DNA of 64,000 nucleotides from the human T2T-CHM13v2.0 reference genome, Homo sapiens. The translations under genes were made by a program, and so were the position numbers. Under the pieces are notes generated by a model, which saw only the letters and a program-made list of their open reading frames with translations, did not search any database and was not told the origin of the DNA. Of the stretch, positions 24,901 through 40,943 are shown piece by piece (the first letter of the stretch is position 1; each line of letters opens with the position of its first letter). The stretch is from assembly GCF_009914755.1 (NCBI RefSeq), contig NC_060938.1. The stretch is one strand, 5' to 3'.

Positions 24901-25852
24901 GTCTACCGGTTGCCTTCCCCCCACCCTTCTTTTCTTTCTTCCTTTTGCTCCCCTTGTCTTCCCCCCTTCTCTGGATGGCCTTGTGGGGAATTTGTCTTTT
25001 CATAAATAATTTCTTAGAGTTGGCAGTTAGACAGTTGCATCCCATTTCTGCTTTGACGTGAGAAGAGCAAATTAAGTCTTAAAAGGATGGAGACTCACTC
25101 TTGTGTCTGTAATAGAATTGGTCTCATATAGATTGATTAAGACCCAGACTTCTCTGGCTTCAGTGTTAAATCCTCTGTTTATTAAGGCAACTCCATGCAT
25201 GGAGTCTGTCTTTTCCCATTAAGTCATCATAATCCTGCATTCCATCCCTTTCTACCTAAAGGAAGAGTTGGAGAAAAAGTTCAGTCTGGGGCCTCCTCCC
25301 TAATCATCTGTGGCCAGATATACCCAACAAGGAGTCAAGCTTTCATCTTCAGGCTTTAGCCTCACCCTTGACTGAGAGAAGAAGATACAGCCATCCAAAG
25401 TGACGTCCTCGCCACCCTGCTGAACTGTGCTCAGGCTGAGGAAGAGGATGGAAAACAGAGCTTTGAACACCCAGCCCATCATCAGCTTGCAAAATCACAG
25501 TGAAACTAGTGTGTAGCCCTCCCCACCCCGGCTATATCCCTGAGTGGGATCAAGCTAATCGGCCCCACTCACACTGTGGTTCATGGTTTGTGATAAGAGG
25601 AGAGGAGCTATGAAGAGAACAGGAAGCAAGATATGGAATCCAAAAAACCCAGTTTCCAGTCCTGATGCTGCCCCTGATGGGCTGATTTTGGGCTGCTGAC
25701 TTCTCCCTGGGCTCAGACTTACAGCTGTGAAACGAGACCCCCTATCACAAGTTACAAAGCAGCTGGGACCCTCCAAATCCGTCATATGAAGAAGAGTTCA
25801 TGTCCCTGCAAGAACACCACAGCCATTAACCTCATTCATGCTTCATAAGAAG

Positions 25853-26051
<199 letters not shown>

Positions 26052-26491
26052 TCAGAGCGGGGAAATTGAGGCATAGAGCACCTGGCAGTAGTGATAGAGC
26101 CATTCAAGGGAAGAGTGCCATTTCCTGTAATAAAGCCACCTAGGTTGGCTGGAAATCACACACACACACAAAAAAAAAACTCAGGGTAAACTGTACCAAA
26201 CAGCTTCTTAAACAGGTAGAACAGCTGGCAAGATAGCAAGAAGTCCTGAAGTCCAAATCTAACTGGGGTTAGAGAAGGAAGCGGAGTTGCAAAGCCCTGA
26301 GGACATCTGATAACCATATAGGGACCTTGACCTTGCATTTTCAGAGCCTCCAAGGGTACCGAGACATACGACAAAGCCCAGAGCCCATTCAGGTGGAGTG
26401 AGGATAGGAAGGGAGGTGAAGGGAGAGTGTCCAAGAGAAGATCCTCCTTATAAAAAGCCAGATTCTCAAAGGGTACAAGGGCAAGCTCAAT

Positions 26492-26493
<2 letters not shown>

Positions 26494-26535
<42 letters not shown>
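26494..26535. repeat. (CA)n microsatellite, about 21 uninterrupted units
   Basis: Pure AC run. Confidence 0.97.
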
Positions 26536-26539
<4 letters not shown>

Positions 26540-27737
26540 TATAGCCCGAGTGCAAAGCAGAAATGTCCTTAGAATGTCAGTTGGGGGCCCACAACACAGC
26601 GCCCCTCCCTCTCTGGCCTCCCCCTGAACTGCTCCCACACACTCCCCAGCTCTTACCATCCCCTCCTTCCCTGCCTCCCGTAGGCTGCAGTCTCAGGCTA
26701 AAGCTGCTGCTGGACACCCTCCACAAATACATCCCTCCTCAACCACAGCCCCAGCTTCATCCACATTGGCCAATCCCCATATCGATTATATCTCTTCAAA
26801 ATCAGAACCCTGGAAAAAATCAAATCAAGCTTTGTCTGCTCAGGTGTTAGGATTTCTCTCCTAATAATAACAACAAATTCAATGAAAATCATAGACACGT
26901 CTTCTAGAAACAGCTTCTCTTATATTTTCAGGGACCCAAACCATGTCTGAGAGATGGGACGGGGCACAGATGCCAGTAGAAAGGGGACATCATCTGGGGA
27001 CACCACCCCTGGCCCCAACTCCACTTCTGGCTGATGCTGGCCTGGTGATGGTCCTAGTCCATTTCAGGGCTATGCCCAACATCAGATTCTCTGCAGCCCC
27101 ACCTTTTTTCCTAAAGACAGAACCTGCTAAGGAAGGAAGGATGAGCTGCTCCAAACCCCTGGGTGTCACCTTGACCTCATCCAGGCCCTGAGCAACAGGA
27201 CCAGGCCAGAGACCACAAAGTGCACCAGCAGGGGTAGTGCCCTACGAGGTCCCAGCAGGTCCCCACCTTGGCCACACCACACCACAGCCAGTGTGAAGGG
27301 CTGGCCCAATCCTTGGTGCTTTTTTGCATGCAATAGCTTCTTTGCTTCTCATGGCAACCCTGCGGAGTGGGGAGGGGCAGGACAGCCCTTACTCTGTGCA
27401 TTTACAGATGAGGACAAAAGGCTGGCAGGCAAGTCACCCAGCAGAGGCACAAGAGGACTGGGGAGAGGGGAAATGAGGATCTGAGAAGGTGCTTGCCGTT
27501 TACAAACAGCCTCCCTCAGATGAACTCAGAGAAAAGCAAGGAACAAGGCAACAGTTTCTAAGTTGACTTTTGCCATTGGAGCTGTGTTTCCTGTCCTTAA
27601 GCCCCCGGTGTCTGGACCACATGGTCACATCTTCAATAAAGTGAATTGAGTTTGGTTTATACAGCAGAAGAAGACCATCACCTTCTTGTCACTGGATTGA
27701 TGGTGCTGAAATGGAGGAAGTAAAAGGGTTGGAGATG

Positions 27738-28059
<322 letters not shown>

Positions 28060-28344
28060 AAAAGGGTTGAAAAGGAAGGCAGGGAGAAGTACTGCATGCT
28101 TTGCCAGAACTAAAAATTAGTCCTGAAATTTTTGAAACCTCATTTAGGATTGGAAAGGGTGTCTAATTTCAAAGCTTCCAATTGATCTGTTTTTAACATA
28201 TACATGAAGAGGTGAATTTATCATTGGAGAAAGAGAATACTCTTGTTTTTGTGAAAAAACAACACATAACAGGTTCTTTTGGAGCTAAAGCAGAGGCCTG
28301 CAGCTGATACAGCTATATCTGTGGAACACACCATTCTATATCCA

Positions 28345-28590
28345 AGTCAGGATGTATTTGTTGAGACCTACTGTGTACCAGACACTGTTCTAGGCTCTGG
28401 AAAATGGCAGTGAATAAAACAGATAACAATTCTCACCCTCATAGAGAAGACAGATAAAAATAAGTTAGCTGACTTTAGGGCACATATCAAGATGTTAAAT
28501 GCTTTGAAAGAGAACAAAACAAGGAGCAGGGTAGGGAATGCTAGAAGGGCTGCGAATTTAAATACAGCAATCAGGGAAACGCTGTTCTAA
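28345..28590 (-). mobile_element. L2 3' end
   Basis: tatttgttgagacctactgtgtaccagacactgttctagg...gcagtgaataaaacaga. Confidence 0.8.
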
Positions 28591-28594
28591 AAGG

Positions 28595-28866
28595 GCAGAG
28601 AGTAAAGAAATGAACTATCAAGCCATGAAAAAACATGGAGGAACCTTTCATGCATAGCACTAAGCAAAAGAAGCCAGTCTGAAAAGACTACATACTGTAT
28701 AATTCCAACTCTATGACACACGGGAAAAGGCAAAACTTTGGAGACAGTAAAAAAAGATCGGTGGTTGGCAGGGGTCGGGAGAGACAGAGATGAATAGACA
28801 GAGCCCGGAAGACTTCCAGGGCAGTGAAAATACTCTACGTGGTCATAAAATGGTGGATCCCTGTCA
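28595..28866 (+). mobile_element. L1MC1-like 3' fragment
   Basis: gaaatgaactatcaagccatgaaaaaacatggaggaacctt...aaaggcaaaactttggagacagtaaaaa. Confidence 0.85.
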
Positions 28867-28894
28867 ACGGAGTTCTTCGTCGGCCCATCCCCAC

Positions 28895-29270
28895 TATATT
28901 AGTCCATCCTCATGCTGCTATAAGGACATACCCAAGACTGGGTAATTTGTAAAGGAAAGAGGTTTAATTGACTCACAGTTCCACATGGCTGGGGAGGCCT
29001 CAGGAAACTTACAATCATGGCAGAAGGGGAAGCAAACACATCCTTCTTCATATGGCAGCAGCAAGGAGAAGTGCCTAGCAAAAGGGGGAAAGCCCCTTAT
29101 AAACCATCAGATCTCATGAGAACTCACTCACTGTCATGAGAGCAGCAGCATGGGAGTAACCACCCCCACGATTCAATTACCTCCCACCGGGTCCCTCCCA
29201 CGACCCATGGGGAATATGGGAACCACAATTCAAGATGAGAATTGGATGCGGACACAGCCAAACCATATCA
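28895..29270 (-). mobile_element. THE1 (C/D-like) solo LTR
   Basis: tattagtcc...acacagccaaaccatatca; perfect 5-bp TSD CCCAC at 28890-28894 and 29271-29275. Confidence 0.96.
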
Positions 29271-29569
29271 CCCACATGGACATAGAAAAAAAGGGACCAA
29301 ATGCCTAGCCCTATCTTTTTAAGTGGATAATTTTTCTTTAAAGACATTAAGTGGAAAGAAGTAGGATTGCTGGTGTGGGCACCAGTGCCTAGATCCAAGT
29401 GCATGAGGATGCCCCAGGTCCACATCTTTCTTCATACAACTCCCTGACCCCAGAGGGGAACCTGCTCATCAGCCAGCTCTGCCCAGATACACAGAGCTCC
29501 CTGTTAGTTATCTAGAATCTCACCTTTTTAGTTAGGTGGTTAGTCAAGGCTCTCCAGACATCTTAGGGA

Positions 29570-31560
<1,991 letters not shown>

Positions 31561-31573
31561 TTATTTTTTATTA

Positions 31574-31644
31574 TTAGGTTGGTGGAAAAGTAACTGCCAT
31601 AACTTCTAATGGCAAAAACCACGAGTACTTTTGCACCAACCTAA
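31574..31644. mobile_element. MADE1 mariner MITE (palindromic) with a small internal deletion
   Basis: ttaggttggtggaaaagta...tacttttgcaccaacctaa flanked by TA on both sides. Confidence 0.93.
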
Positions 31645-31745
31645 TAGCAATATATCTCTATGATACGATTTTTTAATCACATGCAGGTATTTGATCAATA
31701 TTTTTAGATAGCATTTTTAAGGCTGACTTCATGTTGCAGCCACGG

Positions 31746-32148
31746 TGTATGGTGGACACACCTGCTTGTGTGTTCAGAGTTCCAAGCTAATGAGTCCAGG
31801 CGTGGACAATCTGGAAATTCATTCCTTATCTATGAGGAACACCTGAACCCCCCACCTGTCCCTTGGAATGCGGGCCATGAAAGGGATTGAAGCCTCAGTT
31901 TTGAGGGTCGGCTAAAGTTCGCCAGGTGGAGGTTGTTAGTGGGAGGGTGCTGAGAGAAAATGCTATATAAACTGCATGCCTTTCGCAAGAGGTTGCAGTT
32001 CTTCTACCTCACCCGCCACCATGGGACCACTCAGGAGGTAAGTTCCCGCTAATAAAACCCTATGCCTCTTTTGCTAGCTCTGGGTCTCTTCTTTGGCCTC
32101 TTGATCCTGGTGCCTCTCTATTGCAGTTGATAGAGGTCCAGCGGGACA
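31746..32148 (+). mobile_element. ERVL solo LTR, LTR32-like
   Basis: TG...CA ends; attcattccttatctatgaggaaca, gccaggtggaggttgttag, aaaatgctatataaactgcatgc, aataaaaccc match recalled LTR32; possible decayed TSD cacgg/cacaa. Confidence 0.85.
31964..32043 (+). promoter_or_regulatory. LTR core promoter: TATA box, Inr-like CAGTT, Kozak ATG and 5' splice donor (activity unproven)
   Basis: TATATAAA 31964-31971; CAGTT 31996-32000; GCCACCATGG 32015-32024; GAG|GTAAGT with GT at 32038. Confidence 0.5.
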
Positions 32149-32393
32149 CACAAGTAACTGAAATTGAGCGTAACAATTATATTGATGACTCTTGAGGTGA
32201 TACTAGTTTGTTGTTGCTGTTATTCATGACTTTCTTTGATGTAGAAGCAATTTTAAACTCAAATCTAGATTTCTCTGTTTCACCCCATTCACAGATCAAA
32301 CCTAGAAAGCAAGTTTCACAGAGAAAAATAAGTAGCCTACAGTTTGAAAACACTTTTTGCAGTATGAATATTCCACCAAAACCCTACCATTCA

Positions 32394-33032
<639 letters not shown>

Positions 33033-33569
33033 TCATTTATCTATACCCATTGCTTAGGAGGCCCCTACTGAGAACAACAAGATTTTCAATACAAAGTCTT
33101 GCCAGACTCCATTTCTGTCCTTGAGGAAACATGTGCAACTCTTCCCCAAAACCAGGTCACAGGGGAAAGTTGCAGAGGCCGGGTGCCCTTCTGCCCACCT
33201 TCACCCACACCTGGGTTTCATACACTATGTATGGAAAGAACTGAAATGAGGAACCTGAAAATTTTAGACCCAGGTCTTTCACTTTCTCTAGCTGTATCAC
33301 CTAGGCAAGTTGCCTCTCTTATCTGAACCTTGCTTTTTCAAAATATGAAATAACAGTGTTTGAAACAGTAGCATCAGACCCTGTGGCCTTGAGCTAACTG
33401 GTCAACCCCAATAGCTGGCATGTGGTGGGGGAGAAGCAGGGACAGGGGGCATCTATCTGACTCTGCAGGCAGACAGGGCCAATTAGTGATATTAAAGAGG
33501 ACTGTTAAGGCACCAAAGGGCAACCTGCGGTCTACACCTAAGCGATCAGGTGGCAGCCTGTGAAGCAAT

Positions 33570-33765
33570 CCCATATGATGGAAAGATCGCAGGCCCAAGG
33601 GTCTCGAGACCCTCGGGTTTAGTTCCAGCTCCACCAAAACTTTGCTGGATGATCCTGAACAAGTCGGTACAGCTCTGTGGCCCTCACTGTCCTCACCTGG
33701 AAGATTAAAGAGTTCAACCAGACAATCCCCAGAGTCCCTTCCAGCTCTGACATGCTCTCATTCCA
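33570..33765 (+). mobile_element. MIR3/MIR-like
   Basis: gggtttagttccagctccacc...gtcccttccagctctgaca. Confidence 0.6.
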
Positions 33766-34418
33766 TGATTGCGTGACCACCAAATTAAATTAGAATCAGA
33801 GCTTTTGCATCACCTGTGTGTTGGCGAAGACAAGAAACACGCCCATGCGTACATGAAAAAGCCTTCCACAGCGGGTTGCTCAGCTTTTTCTTGTTGTTGT
33901 TGTTGTTTCTTCCCTGCACTTATCAGCCCATGATCAAGGGTTCCCTCTCCAATGCAGGTGCTTATCTGCCAGCTGAGGCCAAGGGCGCATCTTAGTACCC
34001 AGCAGCTGGTGAGGCAATGCGGGCGTTTCTGCCACTGTTAAGCCGCCACCGCTGGCTACAAGGCGTTGCCTGATAAACAGACTTGCTACACACACGTCTG
34101 CCTGGGAAGGAAAGAGACTGCCTGCCAGCCTACTCCTGCCAAGGTCTGCACCCAGCCCTCTGCAGGGGTCTGAGGACAGGCACATGCATGGGGCTGTCAG
34201 GATCCTGCCAGACTTGGGAACAAGACGGATGGGACTTGAGGCTCCTGTGAGGTGGGCTTCCCAGGCATTTGAACTCATGGCCTGAAGGGTCCCTGAGGGG
34301 ATACCAGAGGTCAGAACAGAGACTTTGCAATAAGGAGTGGGGCATCCCCTGGAAAATCAAGGCTGGGCTTGGTATCAATATGTCAGGGAGAAATGCCCCC
34401 ACAGATCTGGCTATTTCT

Positions 34419-34626
34419 TTTTTTTTTTTTTATACTTTAAGTTCTAGGGTACATGTGCACAATGTGCAGTGCAGGTTTGATACATAGGTATACATGTGCC
34501 ATGTTGGTTTGCTGCCCCCATCAACTCGTCATTTACATTAGGTATTTTTCCTAATGTTATCCCTCCCCCAGCCCCCCAGCCCCCAACAGGCCCCAGTGTG
34601 TGATGTTTCCCGCCCTGTGTCCAAGT
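34419..34626 (-). mobile_element. 5'-truncated L1PA (about PA5/PA6) 3' UTR
   Basis: Poly-T, tatactttaagttctagggtacatgtgcac...; perfect 17-bp TSD cagatctggctatttct at 34402-34418 and 34627-34643. Confidence 0.97.
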
Positions 34627-34916
34627 CAGATCTGGCTATTTCTAAAGGCCAGGATGACTCATTTTTTCAAGGAAAATTTCCAGAGAACTGATATTCACTG
34701 GGCATTGAGGAAACAGATGAAGTAATACGTCTAGGTCCTTCCCATCAGAGTTCCCGGCCTGGTTGTAAGAGAAAATAGGTACATTCTGCAAATAATTGTA
34801 GTATGTTTTATTCCCTCATTTATCCAGTGAATATAAAATGAACACCTATTGTGCCCAGGCACCATTCTCTGTACTAGGCAAATTCAAGTGAATATGATAG
34901 AAATTATGTCCATTCT

Positions 34917-35216
34917 GACTGGGTGCAGTGGCTCACACCTGTATTCCCAGCACTTTGGGAGGCCGAGGTGGTTGGATCACTTGAGGTCAGGACTTCAAGA
35001 GCAGCCTGGCCAATATGATGAAACCTCATCTCTACTAAAAATGCAAAAAATTAGCCAGGCATGGTGGCAGGTGCCTGTAATCTCAGCTACTCTGGAGGCT
35101 GAGGCAGGAGAATCACTTGAACCCAGGAGTCAGAGGTTGCAGTGGGTGGAGATCACACCACTGCACTCCAGCCTGGGCGACAGACTGAAACTGTCTCAAA
35201 AAAAAAAAAAAAAAAA
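34917..35216 (+). mobile_element. AluS (Sz/Sx-like)
   Basis: Full dimer with poly-A tail. Confidence 0.97.
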
Positions 35217-35284
35217 GCAGCCTATTCTTTCGGTGCACAAATTGCCCACTCTCTTCTCGCCATCTTCCCAGGGTGATGATTGTG

Positions 35285-35490
35285 TTTGCTGAGTGCTTCC
35301 TAGGGCCTGGGTACCTTGCTGGAGCTCTGTATGTTTCAGCTCTACTCACCCTAAAGGCCAAGGAGGTAGTGATTACAACTCTCCCTATTGCTCAGGAAAC
35401 TGAGGCCAGAAAAGCCAGGAGCCTTTGCCCTCAGATAGTGGGTGCCTGAGGTGGCATTGGACCCAGGCTTGCTAACCTCCAAAGCCTGAT
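35285..35490 (-). mobile_element. MIR
   Basis: aggaaactgaggccaga...acccagg...cctccaaagcc. Confidence 0.65.
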
Positions 35491-35604
35491 TTCCTTGTAC
35501 TAAAATGTTATGCCCCAACTCAGTCTTGCCAAATCCATTTTTTCCACCCCTGCCCTCAGCCTGCTCCTCCTCCTTTATGCCCTTGCTCAAGGACCCACAT
35601 CACC

Positions 35605-35962
35605 ATATCAGTCAGTATGCAGCAGGCTCTGCTGCAAGAACAGGTGACTAAGTGGCCATGGCCTAAAACAACCGGGAATTATTTCCCACTCATACTCGGC
35701 AGCAACGTGGGTAGGCAGGTGGCTCCTGCTCAGCCCCGTCACTGAAGTTCCCAAGCTGATGAAGTCTGCATCTCAACTCGTGTTTCCTTGTGCAACAAAG
35801 CAAAATGGAGAGCTGAAGGGCCTCACATCAGCTGGCACATGTGCCAGCCCAGAAGTGTCATCTGTCAGCTTCACTCTCAACGCATTGGCCAGAACTAGTC
35901 ACGTGCCCGCACCTGCCCACAAAAAAGGAGGCAGGATATTGGGAAGCAGCAGTGATGTCTGT
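35605..35962 (-). mobile_element. Old MLT1-type LTR, degenerate
   Basis: tatcagtcag...cagcccagaagtgtca...cattggccagaactagtcacgtg. Confidence 0.55.
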
Positions 35963-36289
35963 CAATATTGCTATTTGCCCAGGACCCCAGGGTGAAACTC
36001 TGGTCTTCTGAGATTAATGGACGCTTTTTCCCCCTTCCCTAGGAGTTAGGGGCAACAGAGCTGACTGTGGAGTCCCGTAGACTGGTAGGACTTGTGAGGC
36101 TTTGTTACCGAATTTTTGTATGTGTCTCTGCTGTCTTATCTGTAAAAGCGGGCGATAATGCCTCTTTCACAGGGTCATGGTGAACATTTGCAAGCTAGGT
36201 CCCTTTCCTTCCCTCTAACCCCTACCACACTCCCTTACAGTCTTCCAGCCTCTCCTCTTGACCCCCCACTGCTGGCATCTCTCAAGAGT

Positions 36290-36700
36290 GCTGCTGCAAT
36301 GAGCTCATCCACCCGCGCCTCTGCCCTGAGCCACATTCCCTCCAATCCATCCTCTGCCCCATGGCTTCCCTGATCATCTTCCTGAGCCGCAAACCTCACT
36401 TTATTGCTTCCCTGCTCTTGATTTTCCCACAGCCCTTCATCCCCTCCGTGATATGGTCAGAACCGTATCTGTCTCTGCAGCCTCCTGACTTTTCCACAGC
36501 CCCATCCTCATACACATTGCACCATTTCCCAGGAAATTCTTCCTGATTTTTTAAACCTGCATATCTTTGGCTATTTTCTCCTTTTACTTGGAATGGCCTT
36601 TTCCTATCTCACCTGGAAAACTCCCATTCATGCTTCAAAACTCAGCTCCCACGTCACCTCTCATATGAAGGCTTTCCCAGCTACCCCAGCAGGGTTGATT
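36290..36700 (+). mobile_element. L2 fragment
   Basis: cttggaatggcc...cattcatgcttcaaaactcagctc...gtcacctc...tgaaggctttccc. Confidence 0.6.
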
Positions 36701-37474
36701 ATATTTCACCTGCTGTTAGACTCAGCGCTGCCTGAAATTCCATCAACAATACGTTCCATTGAGATAAGCTAAAGTTTCATCAACCAGTCCCCTTTGTAAA
36801 TGGGCAGAATGGGAAGAGCCCACACCACAGACAGCAGACCCAGCCCTGATTTTGAACTCTGGGCTTTTCTTGAGCTCATTTTGTAATCTTAGAAAGGTCA
36901 CCTACCCACGTGCATCCATCATCCCCTGGAGGAGGGGCTCACTGTTTTTTGGAGCTGCCATAGAAATATCTCGACTTCTTTATGATTACCGCCTGCCCAG
37001 GGCTTTTTCTGTCTCAGGATCCACCTGTTTCCGAGGTGACAGAAACTAGAAATGACTTCACCTTTCAAGAGGGAGCCCTCTCTATCTCTACTCTTTGGCG
37101 CGACTTCTCCATTGCCGACACATCGTATCCTGAGGTGTCATAGAAAGCACAGCCTTCCCATGACAAAATCTGTACACACAAAGGGAGCAATATGGGGGGT
37201 AGGGGTGTGGTTATTTCATCACAAACACATCCTATGTTGAGGACAAGGGAGTTTTGTATTTAATACTTAGACCCTTAGGTGTGGGGGCAGCTGGAGCTAT
37301 GGTGGAACCTCACGTTTATCCACATAATTCATTGACAAGCAGTATTCAACTTGATAAGATAGGCAAGGTGAGGCACACAATGGTGAAGTGACTGGCTCAG
37401 GGCCCACCTCCATAATTTCAGGTCATGGACAGAAGTCCTTCTGGTTTCCAGGTTATTTTTTCAGAAATTCATTG

Positions 37475-38370
<896 letters not shown>

Positions 38371-38379
38371 TATGAAAAT

Positions 38380-38525
38380 AATTCTGGGTTCAGATCCCAT
38401 CTCTGCTGCTAACAAGTTATGAGGATCTTGGCAATGGCCTTTCTCTCTGTGTGATTCAGTTTCCTCACTGGTGACCAAAGGAGTTGGGTTAAACAATCAC
38501 TCAGGTTAGCTTCCAGTTCTTAGCC
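38380..38525 (+). mobile_element. MIR3-like
   Basis: ctgggttcagatcccatctctgc...cagtttcctcactg...cttccagttct. Confidence 0.7.
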
Positions 38526-40943
38526 CCGTGAGCTCCACACACAGAGGTGAGGGCAGATCCCTTCCCAACCAAGTGACATTTTCCAGCCAGACTAAAAATA
38601 AACTAGATGTTTCATATGGTAAAAGTATCAATTGCTAAATGTAAGAAGGAAAATGGACGGAAGAGGAAATTATCCACTTAGGATCCGTGTTGAGAAGTAG
38701 CAGCAAGGTCTTATCAACCCAGCAACACAAGTGTCTCTATGTGATGCAACTCCACCTGTCTTCTGTGCACACAGGACATGCACACCCCACTGGGCTGTAC
38801 AAGTGACAGCTAGAACCTTAAGCCTGTCTCCACTGAATGGCCCCTGGTGAATTCTACTTCAGTATCTCAATCAGGGAGGTCAGACCAGTTCAGCCTAGAG
38901 AAAGTACCTTTCTCCAGGTTCTGTACATCCCACCACCTCCAACCCCTCTCCCCCAGGTGCATGTGCAGAGCCAGCCACCCTTCCCCATCTAGTAGAGTCA
39001 AGACCAGGCAAGCCACTCTTATCTCCCTATTCTAGGCCACCTCTCAGTGGGCTTGGAATCAAAGCACCTCACTCAGGTGAAGCACTCCAAGACAGCTGTT
39101 GTCTGATCTGATCCCAGTGGTCACCAGCCAAGGGGTAAGGAAAGAAACTGGCCTCCTGATCCCATAATCATAAAAATCAGCACACTGGCTGTGAGGCTGG
39201 CCTTGTACTAAGCACACCACCTGCTTTTTACCATGGGTCCTCACAACAACCTAATGTCACAGGCAAAAAACTACAACTCAGAGGAATCTGCCCAGTCCAC
39301 ACCCAGCCAGGCCAGGGGCTAGCTCCAAGTTCAAGGCTTTTTGCCCTGGACAAAGTCACTGCATGTTAGTAGCTTGGCAAGTTCAAAAGCCATGTGAGGA
39401 TGGGTTCCAGTCCCCAAATCTTCTGTGGTCACATTCACACCCTTTCAATGCAAAACATCCCCAGCGTTCCCAGGCAACAGGCTGTGATCACTGGACCATC
39501 TGTCCATCCCCAGGAAGAAGAAAGGGCGCTCTGGAGTCATCAGGCAAGCTTTTGCCATCCTTGCCTTCTCTCCCTATAAATGGCACAAGGATGCCCATGT
39601 CACAGTGTTTTACTGAAGATCAAGCAGAGGGCAGGTAAGAGAGTTCTCTGCAGCAGGAAGGTCCTCTGCAAATTCCTCCCGCTTCGGGTCAGCCTAAAAA
39701 CAGTCGCAGCTGCTCCTAACCTGTCCTAGTGGCTAAGACAGGCCAACGTGTCCCAGTGAGAAGCGTTGGCTGCCCAAGTCTAGCACTGCCTGTGGAGTTG
39801 CAGGATGTGGTTGGCGAAAAGAACAAGGCATGTAGAGAGAGGCTTCCCAGAGGCCTTTGCAGCAAAGCCACAAGTTGGCGGGGCGGGGGGACAATTTGCT
39901 GCCTTCACTCTCTTTTGGTAATGCAGATTTTTAAGGCTACCAAAAGGAAAAAAAAAAAGTCATTTTCTTCCAAAATACTCTTCCTTCTCATGAAAGGGTA
40001 AGCATGGAAATTATTAGGCCTAAGAGACAATCTGCTGTGCCAGCTTTGAGATCTCATCAGGACACTGGACAGCCTGCCTTTAGAAAAGAGGCCGAACTCC
40101 TTCCTGAGCACGCCGGGCAGTCCTTTCAGTCTTAGTAAAGCGTAAATCATTGGGTCAAGGAGCAAAAACAAAACAGCTTTTAATGCCTGCTTGGACATCA
40201 AACCCATCTCACAAAACAGCACTTTGATGAGTTTCATGTACGTGAACCCAAAACATGCAGTTTAAAGATCCCTCAAAGCACAGGAGGCTTGGAAATTAGC
40301 AGAGAAGTACACTTTTTAAGAAACATGAAAAACAAAAAACCACACTTGGGGCTTTGCCAAGCCCAAAAGTTTGAAAAGATTTTTAACTATAGCCTGGTAT
40401 CTGAGCCACTAACTGCAACTAGAGTGGACTCCGGGTGCCTATGGGAGAAGCTACTAGAATCTACTGACCATAAGCCCTCCTGGGGTGATCAGCTCATCTA
40501 GCCACGTGTCTTTAGAAAGGAAAGTGTGTGGGCACTCCCTACCCTGCACCTCACTTCCTCTGTCTTGTCATTCCCCAAGCAATGTGGCTTTGGGGAGTAA
40601 ATGATTCCCAGGTGACAGGGAGAGCAGGCTCCATGCACTTGCACTTTTACTGGGTATCTTCCCTGGGCATTCTTCATCAGCAGGTTAATGCCTCCTCTCC
40701 TTCCTGTTTTCTCTGCAAAACCAGGACTTATTTTGTAGCTGGATGGACCAGCTGGAGAGGCTAGAGCCCAGGGTGCTTGAAAAGTAGCAGAGGTAGCTAG
40801 TGGGAATAGGGCCAGAGAAGCGGGTGGCAGGCACAGAATTATAGCAGCGTCCTTGGGGAGTTTGGGGACAGTGAGCAGGGACCTTGTATTTGGAGATTAA
40901 CCCAGGAGAGAGATGGAGGGGACAAGAGCTCCTGACCTTAATA

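Noticed and set aside
26156-26659. 167-aa minus-strand ORF
   Set aside because: Runs through a (CA)n repeat giving VCVC; no homology evident
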